In this document: positions 37,493 to 48,199 of the stretch, piece after piece
Numbering within the stretch: the first letter of the stretch is position 1
Layout of the letters: every line of letters starts with the position of its first letter
Source: Squalus acanthias
Taxonomy: Eukaryota
Length of the DNA stretch: 64,000 nt
Assembly (NCBI GenBank): GCA_030390025.1
Contig: CM059432.1
Coordinates: 54,562,001-54,626,000 of the forward strand
Reading direction: 5' to 3'
Translations under genes and position numbers: made by a program
Notes under the pieces: model-generated
Databases searched by the model: none
Seen by the model: the letters and a program-made list of their open reading frames with translations, nothing else
Told to the model about the DNA's origin: nothing

Positions 37493-39139
37493 AAGGCTTT
37501 TATTTTACTTCAATCAATTATTTTGAACACATGAATTTAAATGCGTTTGCTGGTCAAACAAATTGATTTAATGATGTTGTACTTACCTCAGTGTACTTCA
37601 TCCACAGTGAACATGATGCTAATTTATTTTTGATGGTGATGTCAAGGTGTCTATTTATTATATATACAGTCCATTCACATGATTTCAGACTTCAGAGATG
37701 AATCTCTCAAATTTTATGGTCCACTCAGGCTGAGAATCATGTTAATACCAGGTGACCAAGGGCCCACCTGCACCATTATTTTTCAGTCTAAGTGGCTGCT
37801 GCAGGAAAACTAGTGTAAATCTAGGAAATTCATGATCGCCATTGACTTAAATGGGAGGTGAAGCTATGAGAATCAAATTTTTGAGGTCTCGGCAAAGGGT
37901 ATAGGTGGAGCAGCGCAGAAGTCCCAGGAAATTATGGCACGACATGAAAAATGGCGTAACTCGCTTGCGACATCATTTCCTCTGTCTTTTACAGTGCAAA
38001 TTGAATGCGCAAGTCTCCAGAAAATTCTGGGCCATTGTTTCAAGCCTCCAAAACATTGCTCAGTGAACACCCTGATTTTAGCTTGGGACTCAGTGTAGTG
38101 CTTCTCAGCTCTATTGATTGAAGAGAATACCTGGAATCCCCGAAGAGCCAGGTATCCAGTCCGCCATCTCTGTGGAACAGTTCTTGAAAGTTGAACTGTG
38201 GAAAGATGTAAGAATCATGGCATCTCCCCAGATACCTGATGTTAAAGAGGTGGGTACACAGATTGACATCGCACTAATTTTGTATGGTACAGCTTATCCT
38301 GATGAAGTCTGAACTCCTGTCAAAACTCCCATGGCCTTTTGAATGGGGTCTGAAACATAAAGGTTTAGGCTGTGGTTACTTTAAGAGTTATGGACAGAGG
38401 TATGCTCGCAGTGCATTGTTCCTCTTGTGCCACCCCAAGATGGCACAAGACATCTAACCAATGATGTCCAAGGTAACCACAGGCACTGCATGCACTGCTC
38501 TACAGTCATATCCAGGTAGTTGGTGCTGAGGTGGTAAATGCATTCCTGTGAATGGCTGCTGTGAGCGTTCTATGCAATCTGTGTGCCCTTTCAGCCCTTT
38601 ACCTTCTGTGCCTATGCATTAAATACAAATCAGGCAGGGTGTACAATGGACAACCGACAGTTTTCCACCTGTATGCAATGTGAAAATTACCCCCCTTCAC
38701 TCCAGTATGGAACCAACAGATAAGTCCAATTTCTGTCAGCAGTGGCAGTTGCTGCTGCTACCTCAATTTTAGATATTCTCTGATGAGTTTAACGCATTTG
38801 ACAATGAGCACTAGATCTAAAACCTGATAAAGAAATTAGCCCCATAAAACACAACGAAGGCCAGGATATTCCTTGGAGCTGCTGCCTACTGTTTACCTGC
38901 GTTAACAGGATTTCCACTGCACTTCTGGCGAAGTAACGCCAGTGGGATGGCAGCAGCTCTGGGGAATTTCCTGGGTTTAGTGTTAACACAGCTCAAAGAA
39001 ATATTAATGCCATGTGCGCTATTTTCCAGTTGGCATTCAGTCAACAGAAAGGTTACCTGGACTCAGCAATAAATCCCTCAGATGCCTAAATCCAGAGACC
39101 AAGCATTAACACAACCACGCGCACAACCTACTCACTTAC

Positions 39140-39217
39140 CCTTTTATCCATGTCTAGAGTGGATAAGCAAGAGTGCACACCAAAAATAACAGAAGCTAGA
39201 TCCAAAAACACGTAATT
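39140..39217 (-). other. Candidate host coding exon (78 nt; NYVFLDLASVIFGVHSCLSTLDMDKR)
   Basis: Acceptor CTCTATTCCAG, consensus donor AGG|GTAAGT, only one open frame. Confidence 0.35.
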
Positions 39218-39380
39218 CTGGAATAGAGGCTCACAAATTAACCCCAAATTTGACCCAATCAAGAATTTAATTAAATTTGGCCAACATCTCTGCTATTATA
39301 GCCTTCAGCCTTTCAAAGAGGTCAAAGCAGGTTTAAGCCAGTTTTACATATGTCTGTGATTTGCACCAACAAATAATTCA

Positions 39381-40349
39381 GAAAACACCAGGGATGGTAG
39401 GGGATACGGCAATACAGTGATAAAACACCAGGGATGGTAGGGGATACGGCAATACAGTGATAAAACACCAGGGATGGTAGGGGATACGGCAATACAATGA
39501 GAAAACACCAGGGAAGGTAGGGAATACAGCAATACTGTGAGAAAACACCAGAGACGGTAGGAGATACGGCATTACTGTGAGAAAACACCAGAGACGGTAG
39601 GGGATATGGCAATACAGTGAGAAAACACCAGGGAAGGTAGGGGATATGGCAATACTGTGAGAAAACACCAGGGACGGTAGGGGATATGGCAATACTGTGA
39701 GAAAACACCAGGGAAGGTAGGGGATACGGCAATACTGTGAGAAAACACCAGGGAAGGTAGGGGATACGGCAATACTGTGAGAAAACACCAGGGAAGGTAG
39801 GGGATACGGCAATACTGTGAGAAAACACCAGGGACGGTAGGGGATACGGCAATACTGTGAGAAAACACCAGGGACGGTAGGGGATATGGCAATACTGTGA
39901 GAAAACACCAGGGACGGTAGGGGATATGGCAATACTGTGAGAAAACACCAGGGATGGTAGGGGATATGGCAATACTGTGAGAAAACACCAGGGATGGTAG
40001 GGGATATGGCAATACTGTGAGAAAACACCAGGGAAGGTAGGGGATATGGCAATACTGTGAGAAAACACCAGGGATGGTAGGGGATACGGCAATACTGTGA
40101 GAAAACACCAGAGACGGTAGGGGATACGGCAATACTGTGAGAAAACACCAGGGAAGGTAGGGGATACGGCAATACTGTGAGAAAACACCAGAGACGGTAG
40201 GGGATACGGCAATACTGTGAGAAAACACCAGGGAAGGTAGGGGATATGGCAATACTGTGAGAAAACACCAGGGAAGGTAGGGGATATGGCAATACTGTGA
40301 GAAAACACCAGGGATGGTAGGGGATACGGCAATACTGTGAGAAAACACC
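39381..40349. repeat. 40-bp minisatellite, ~24 copies
   Basis: Unit GAAAACACCAGGGA(A/C/T)GGTAGGGGATA(C/T)GGCAATACTGTGA, head to tail with no indels. Confidence 0.98.
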
Positions 40350-41089
40350 TTCTAAGATGAGAGAAAATTTTGAAGTACTATAGCTTGGAAATTAGGCTCA
40401 ATGATGTTAACCTACTTATTTTAAACAAATAAATGCCTCTATTAAACAGAGGAATTTGATCTAAACATGTTAATCATTCATCTGCTAATATCGTTCTGCA
40501 TAATTTCTAAGCTTACATGCAAATAATTTTTAAAAGTAAACTAGAACTGTAATGTTTTATATTATGATTCGACTATACCCAGAATTAGCAGGAAAATTAT
40601 TCGATAGTTCAAGCAGTAGCACTTCTATTGGAAAGGTTTGCTTAAACAAAATATTTTTTTATTTATAGTTTGTTTCCAATATTGTTGAAATTCTTAATTA
40701 TATCTTTTAGGCTTAATGACTGATGCAGTAGTGATTCAACAACTCATCTCCTAACTCTTTAAACATATAAGCAGATGTGTGATTTAATTCGGACAGAAAA
40801 TAGAGCAAGAAAATTGAAGGCTTAATGTTATTCCTTTACTTGCTGTAATGGTGAAGTACCATCGGATTAAGTTGGATGTAATGCACATCAGCAGGCTGTT
40901 CACTCATATATCAGTTGGATGTTCTTCAACTTCGAATTAGCTAAGTGAGGCTGAAACAGGGTAAGCTGATTAGTCGCTTTCCAAGTGGAGCTTACTAAAA
41001 TGAGTTTGATGCAATGTGTTCCTTCTTAGTTCTGTTTGTTTTTCAAAATGTTGCTAGGGCGGGCAGAGATGGCTAATTATATATTTTTT

Positions 41090-41375
41090 AATTTGTTCTT
41101 GGGATGTGGGCAACACTGGCAAGGCAGTATTTATTGCCCATCCCTAGTTGCCCAAAGGACATTAAAGGTGAGCCATGTATGTGGGCCTGGAGTCACGCGT
41201 ACAGCAGACCAGGTAAAGATGATAAGTTCTAGTTGTTTCAACAATCCAGTAGCTTTCATGGTCATGTTCTGGGGCTATCAGATTTATTGCATTCAATTTC
41301 ACAATTTACTATGGTGTGATTATAAACACACAACCTCTGGATTGTTACTCCAATATTATAACCGCTAGGCTACCA
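41090..41375 (-). mobile_element. tRNA-derived SINE with a 3' tail shared with the LINE at 33801-35030
   Basis: Minus-strand head GGTAGCCTAGCGGTT (A-box-like); tail GGGCAACTAGGGATGGGCAATAAATACTGCCTTGCCAGTGTTGCCCACATCCC. Confidence 0.7.
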
Positions 41376-42268
41376 TACTCCATACTTGATAGTAAGAGAA
41401 AGAGAAATAAAGGAACCAGATTGATTTAGAGGTGAAGTTCAACTTGACTAGACTTGATACAAAGTAGGTGAATCACCTGTCTGATGAACCAGATCTCTTA
41501 GCCCTGTATAGTAATATGCACAGTCGAGATGATTTCTTTAAAAAGCAGATTGACAATATAAAGGCCCAGAATTTGTGGTCAGCGGCAAACGCTTCCAAGT
41601 AAGCTTTGCAAATAGATCTCACAATCTGTGTCAAGAAGTTCGGGTTTTCCGACATTCAATTCAAATCAACGGAGTACAGTGGGAATCCCCTAATGCAAGC
41701 TGCTGTGACGTCAGCAAGCTGTCTAAGCAGCCAATCAAAATACAGAATTCTCACAGGCAGCAAACAAGGGAAGTGGGTAAGCTCTTAAAACTCTAAGGGA
41801 GAGAAATTCACCATGTTAGCGCCTCCCGTTAGTGCCTGGGGCGCTAACGGGGCGCTAATGTGTTTCCGGCAGGACGCGGCAAATCCAACGCCGCACGCGA
41901 CATTCACCCAGGATTTAGCACTGCCAATAACATCGAGCGTCTACGCCTTTAGCAGCTGCCAGATCGTGATGTCAACGCATGTGGAACGCCCCGTTAACGG
42001 CCCAAATGCAAAATTGACTGCCGCCCCCTGCCTTAGCGCCTGGCGTGAACAACAGCAGGAAGAGGAGGCGTGATGCAGTCAGATGGCTGCTGTAGGAGTG
42101 GTATTTAAAGGCATCAACATCCGGTTTGATTTTAGTCGCCACTCAATGCTGCCTTCTCAGTTTGACATAGGAAAACAGCTGTTTTCACTGAGGTAAACAT
42201 TCTGGCTGCTAAAAATTTGTCAGTTTCAATGTGCTGAGATTGCAATCTCCTACACTTGTATACGTTAA

Positions 42269-43520
42269 TTGGGGGCTGTACTGGCACTTAACCTCGCTCT
42301 CCAGCATCAACGTCGGAGGCAGCGGAGGCAGAGACAGAGATTGGAAAATGTGGCCAGAGTGAGGAGGGCCAACAGGGCTCTCAACAGGAGGCCTTAACCA
42401 CCCAGGGTATTCCGGGAGCACTTCTCCTACATAAATTTAACTGAGGAGCAGTGTCTTAGGAGGCTCCGCTTCAACAAGGAGGTGGTCACAGAGCTCTGCC
42501 ACCTCCTGCAGCCAGACTCGAGCCTCAGATCAGGACCACCACGGCTCTCTCAGTGGCAGTCAAGGTCACCGTCGCCCTCAATATCTATGCCAGCGAATCC
42601 TTCCAGTCTGCAGCAGGAGACAGATCTAACTTTTCACAGTTCGCCGTCCATTGCTGCATCCAGGAGGTCACAGAGGCTCTCTGCAGAAGGAGAAGGAACT
42701 ACATTTCCTTCCCCATGACCAGAGAGAAGCAGGACAAGCGTGCATGTGGCTTTGCCAGGATAGTGGGCTTCCCTATGGTGCAGGGCGCCATTGACTGCAC
42801 CCACGTGGCTTTGCGGGCACCGCATGACAATCCTGAGATCTTCTGTAACCACAAAGGATACCACTCACTTAATGTGCAGCTGGTGTGTGACCACACACAG
42901 CGAATCCTCACCGTCAATGCCTGCTATCCTGGCAGCAGCCACGATGCCTTCATCCTGTTCCAGCTCTGTTCCAGCCACCACATCAAGCTCGTGGCTGGCT
43001 GCTGGGAGACAAGGGCTATCCGCTCTCCACCTGACTCATGACTCCACTCCACAACCCCAACACTCCTGCCCAGCACTCATACAATGAGAGCCATGCCACC
43101 ACCAGGAACATCATCGAGCAGACCATCGGAGTGCTCAAGCAATGGTTCCGCTGCCTTGACCGCTCGGGAGGAGTCCACCAGTACTCGGCTGAGCGGGTGT
43201 CCCTTTTCGTCGTAGTGTGTTGCATGCTGCACAACTTAGCCATTATGAGGGCGCAGCCATTGCCACCAGGCATAAAGAAAGAAAATAGAAAGACTTGCAT
43301 TTATATAGTGCCTTTCATGACCACCGGGTGTCTCAAAGCGCTTTACAGCCAATGAAGTATTTTTGAAGTGAAGTCACTGTTGTAATGTGGGAAACCACCT
43401 CAGGAGAAGGAAGAGGGAGAGGAGGAAGACGAGGAGGAGGAGGAACAGCAGCGAGGGAGGAGGCAGCCATTCAATCAGCCTTCTGGAAGTGACCGCCTCA
43501 TCACACTACGGTTCCAATAA
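42269..43520 (+). pseudogene. Harbinger DDE transposase, frameshifted
   Basis: [42 protein letters not shown]; interrupted by a SINE tail. Confidence 0.92.
43272..43392 (-). mobile_element. 3' tail fragment of a Deu-type SINE inserted in the transposase gene
   Basis: TTGCATTTATATAGTGCCTTT...TTTTGAAGTGAAGTCACTGTTGTAATG, similar to 24990-25080. Confidence 0.7.
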
Positions 43521-43685
43521 ATTCTACCCCACATCCCGGTTGCTGACCACATCCCCATCATTCCATCCATTTTGTTTGCCAAAGCACAGCGCAAAGCTGA
43601 AATGAGAGACATCACAAAATCAGCAACATTTCATTAATAAATTTATCAACATTCAATAAACGCATATATACAACAACAGTATTAA

Positions 43686-46333
43686 CTAATCACTCTTGTG
43701 CAAACCCTTACTTCCCCTCTTTACAGTGCCTTTTCCTAATCTACTGCTCCTACGTAGTCTATCCCCAGTGGCTGCAGCAGGGCTGGTGGAAGGCTGCTGA
43801 GTGTCGGTGCCAGAGACTACAGATGGCCTTGCAGGTCGCCCTCGACCAGCTCTGGGCCTGGAAGGCCCGGCTATAGACTGCACCACCTCAGGCTGGGCGG
43901 CGGCAGTCTGGGCTGGTTGGATGACAGGCAGCGACAAGGGCAATGACGGAGTGGCAGTAATGGGAGCAGGAATGTTGTCATCCTGTGAGAGGACAGCAGG
44001 TTCCTGCTCGAATGACACACTGCCACTCCCTGGGGCAGCACCTCAGCATCCCTAGCCATCTGCTGGAGCACAGATTGCTGGCCTGCTGCAGCACCGTGAG
44101 ATCCCCAGTGGACTGTGGTGGACCCAGCGACGATGGCAGCAGTCAGAGCTTTCATGGCATCAAGCTGAGGCTGCATCAGAGCATTCTGAGACTCGATGGC
44201 AGCAACGATTGACTGCATGACAGCACTAAGACGTTGCTTGGCTTCCACCTGTGCTGCAATGGATGCTGCCACATTACCCATGATATGCAGCATGAGGTCT
44301 GCATCTCCACGGTCTCTCAGGGAGTCCACCATCCTTCGCAGACTGCCACGGATGGGCTCCATGTTGTGCGCAGAGCTCTGTGCAATGTTGGAGGCGGACT
44401 CCTCCATGCTCCTTACCATTGCCGATAGGCTCTCGGGCACCCTTGCCATTGCACCTATGATCGTGTGCATGCCTATCACCCTTCTTGTGAACACCTCCCC
44501 ATCGAGGCCCTCATCTGAGTCCTCTGCAGCAGAACATGTGCGCTGGCCCCTGAGCTACCCTTTCCCCGTGGCCTTGCTGCAGTCCACTCATCCCCAGTGC
44601 ATCACCCAGTGCAGACCCCTCTACTAAACTTGCCTCTAAAGATAGTGGGGCAGAAATTCGGCTCCCCACGGGTGAGTACGCGCTGTGTACTCACCTGTAG
44701 GGCCACCGGAAGTGCCGGTTTCGCGCATGCACTGCGCATGCACAGGAAACCGGAACTTCCGGTCTTGTGAAGGAAGGAGTTCGTGGGTCAACCGCGTGCG
44801 CGGGAGAGGCAGCGCGCACGCAGCGAACTTCAGCTTTTTTTACAGGTTTCTCCGTGCGGGTAAGTCCCTAGCAGCTGCGCGGGGAAAAAGCAGGCGCAAG
44901 GCCTGCTTTTAACAAGGTAAGTGGTGAATTAAGTAAAATTAAAACATTTTTTCCATAGGTTTATTATTTTTAAATACTTTAAAGAAAGGTAAGTTTATTT
45001 TTAGCCCTGTTAAAAACTGTAATTAATTTTTTCAAAAATTTAAATTATTGTTTAAAATAGTTATTTTATGTAATTTATAGTTATTTTAAAAATGTGATGT
45101 CTTTTTTTTAATTTTTTTGAAGTTTTAGTTAGGTTTTGTGGCCGATCTCTATTCATAGATTTGACAGGTCTTCCTGTCAAATCTATGAATGGAGATTCCC
45201 TGCTCCGATTGGCTCCCCATGGCCCATGTGATCCCAGGGGACGCTTCGAACTAACTGCGCCGCTGGGATCCGCGAGCACTGCACACCGGCAGCTGGAGGA
45301 GGCCCAGGATCGGAATCCCACGTGGGCCCACAGCACAACGGCAGGCGCGCTATGTAAGTGCACCTGCTATGCTTGCACCCGCGGGAAGCCTCCGACCCGA
45401 ATTTCTGGCCCAGTGTAGTCCCAGTATCTGAGCTGGTGCCTGCGGGTGAGACATGCAGTGATGCGGTGCTTTCTTCTTCCTCCTCTTTTCCTGCCTCACT
45501 CTCACTGGGAGGCTCAGGGACAGGCTGGTCATCTGGTTGCTGATTACCTGAAAGCATAAAGGCACAAGAGTCGCGTTAAGGTGAGGGAAGGGGGGCAGGA
45601 AGGGAGCAAGGAATGTAGACATTCTCAGGAGGTGGGAAGTGAGAAAGGTTTGTGGTGTGAGGGGGAAGTGGGATGAGAGAAGGAGAGGGGATGAACATAC
45701 CATTATTGCCCCCAAGGGGGTCGACATCGACATCGCCGACGGCGCCCACCACCTGGCGCCCAATGACTCTCAACACTCGCTCCTCCAGGTCTATAAGCTG
45801 TTGGATGTCCATTTCACCCCCACCTGTTCGTTGCTGCTCCCTCCTATTTTGGGCCAACTTAGCCTGCAAGAGAAAGGAAAGTGTGTGAGAGAGTGTGCAG
45901 CTATGTGTTTGGGAGATGTGCCTGTGATAGTTGAATAGCTGTGATTGTAGGCAGGGTGTGAGATGTGGATGTGAGTTTTAGTAGGTAGAGATGCTTGGTG
46001 GGTGAGTGGTGGGGGTGTGGTGGTTTGTGCAGTGTGTGCAGACTGAGGTTCAGATGCTGGTATGTAGGACTTGTTGAAGCATGTACTCACCCGGACCACC
46101 CGAGAGAGGTCATTGAATTTTTTACAGCAGTGTGTGAAGGTCCTGAGGACCAGACTGCTGGCCGAGACGGCCTGGGCCACTTCGCTCCACATTACCCTGA
46201 AGACCTGGGGCAATGGCCTCCTGCCAGTGGCCAGGAACAGCACTGCCCGCCTTCTTTCGACTGCCATGACCAATGCCTCCAATGCCTGGGCGCTGAAACG
46301 GCGAGCTCCCTCCCTGGGACTGGGATCAGCCAT
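43686..46333 (-). pseudogene. Harbinger Myb-like gene (exons 46333-46091, 45863-45701, 45547-43686)
   Basis: MADPSPREGARRFSAQALEALV...WSEVA...KKFNDLSRVVR; GT-AG introns; exon 3 interrupted by a MITE and frameshifted. Confidence 0.87.
44647..45411 (+). mobile_element. Harbinger-type MITE, family A2 (765 bp)
   Basis: TIRs GGGGCAGAAATTCGG / CCGAATTTCTGGCCC; TSD AGT (44644-44646, 45412-45414). Confidence 0.9.
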
Positions 46334-47198
46334 GGGGATAAGAGGTGTAGCTGTTGAGTTGCTTGGAGGTCGCCTTCAGAGCCAGCAATGTTGAGAATGA
46401 GGTTGTGCTGAATCTTCAACCTCCCCTTTAAGAGCTGGAAGGAGCCAATGTGAATGATGAGTCCCGATTGGAGTGCACCTGAAATTGGTTATCGCTCTGC
46501 GGGTAGTGCCCTGCTCTGTGTGTGTAGCGCCCTAAGTGAGGTGATTAGCGCTTGATTTAGCGCTCCAGTTTTCCCTTGGAGCACTAACAATCAATTTAGC
46601 GGGAGGTCAGAAGGATTAACGCCTGGCACTAATCCTCCAACTTTTTAAAATTTAGCGCCCCACCTGAGGCGATAACAAATTTCTAGCCTTAACTTTTTAA
46701 AAATATTAGAGGGAGCAAAACAAAGATTGGGGCTCTCATTTTTTTTTTAAAGTTTCTTAAAATGTTTAATTTTTATTAAAATGGATAAATTTCACACTGC
46801 GCAAAATTAAAATTAGTTTTTCAGGACCATAACCTTTGTTTAACAGTCAATACGTTGTTAAAACCCCAGTTACACCGAATCTCTTTGGGTCTAACTTTTA
46901 GTGGGGAATTTAACAGAGTAATTACTGCGGTTGAGCCGAAGTTTTCGTCAGTTTCCCTGATTTGGCTGATTTCACAGATTGCCGGCTCTGTGTAGGGGTT
47001 GGGGGGTGGGGCACAGTGCGGCCAATGTCGGAGCTTTGAATGACAAACCACAACTTCAGGATTTGCGCGTGTGCCTGTGCATGCACCAAATTCCGAAGTG
47101 TGGTCAGTTTCAAAGGCGTAATGACGGTGAACGCTGCCAGTTCGCCATCGTCCAGACCGCAAATTCCGGGCCAATTATTGATTCTCCAGATATACATG

Positions 47199-47959
47199 AA
47201 CCCTGAATTTCCGACCCCCATGGGTGCGTACGAGGTGTGTACGTGCCCATAGGGGCCGCGCAAGTTCCGGGTTTAAGCATGCGAAGCGCATGCGCTGAAA
47301 CCCTAAACTTACGATCTGTCAAGAATGCTCTTGACAGATCATCCGCATGCCCGGGAAAGTGCCTCTGCGGGTGAAGAGTTGCGTTATTTGCTCAACTTCC
47401 GCCCGCTGAAAGACCACAGAATTCTTACGCCGGGCGTAAGACCTGCTTTTACCAGCATAAGAGTTTAAAAAAATAGAAAAATAAGATTTTATCACTCACT
47501 TATAAATTAAAAACCCTGCCCAATAAGGTAAGGTTATATTAAGCCCCGTTAAAACCTATTAAAAATAAATTCAAAAAATTAAATTTTTGTTTAACATATT
47601 TAATTAAATGCCGTTTAAATTAATTTTATATATGTAATGGTTTTTATTTATTTATTTCAATGTGTTAGTGCATTTTTGCAGTCATCCCCATTCATACTTT
47701 TGACAGTTCTGTACGTACGGAACTGTCAAAAGTATAAAGGGGGATTCCATTCTTCCATTGGTTGGGCTGGCCCACGTGATCCCAGGGGCGCTTGTGAACC
47801 GCATGCGCCCCTGGGATACCTGGGCCTCTGCGCATTTTGATGAAGAGAGGCCCAGGATCGGAAGCCTCGGTATCTACGGAACCAACAGGTAGGTTCGTAG
47901 AATTTTTTCTGATTGTAGGCATCCGCCCGCAGGAAGCCTCCGATCGGAAATTCAGGGCC
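47199..47959 (+). mobile_element. Harbinger-type MITE, family A3 (761 bp)
   Basis: TIRs (AA)CCCTGAATTTCCGA / TCGGAAATTCAGGGCC; TSD ATG (47196-47198, 47960-47962). Confidence 0.85.
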
Positions 47960-48199
47960 ATGATTTGTGAATTAATTGCTTTTACTTTCCTATGTCATGA
48001 GGGTTGTATACATTGAAAGAATAAAACACGTGTTCACACTGACCTATAAAGAAATGCTTGTTTATTTATCTTGATGAACATGAAAGCCATCAGCTTGAAA
48101 AGACTACAGGAGCAGTGGGTAATCATGTGAAACTGAATATGTTTCATTCAGTATAATTGTTGTCTGAGATCCTGAGCTCAGATGAACTCAAAACACTGT

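Larger units (their letters stand above)
41797..46689. mobile_element. Full-length two-gene Harbinger transposon (decayed, with nested insertions)
   Basis: Termini GGGAGAGAAATT / AATTTCTAGCCT; TSD TAA (41794-41796, 46690-46692). Confidence 0.9.
41563..47172. mobile_element. Family B-like MITE split by the Harbinger at 41797-46689
   Basis: Termini GGCCCAGAATTTGTGGTC / GACCGCAAATTCCGGGCC; halves 41563-41796 and 46690-47172 resemble 29219-29974. Confidence 0.75.

Noticed and set aside
39056..39085. Micro-exon downstream of the 39217-39140 candidate
   Set aside because: The implied intron would be only ~54 nt, too short for typical vertebrate splicing
39322..40348. Long 258-336 aa ORFs as protein-coding genes, or the array as CRISPR
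   Set aside because: Artefact of a stop-free 40-bp tandem unit; all frames give the same repeat and there are no unique spacers
41300..41375. tRNA gene (also the heads at ~25350-25415 and ~63745-63810)
   Set aside because: Degenerate SINE heads with decayed B boxes and no full cloverleaf
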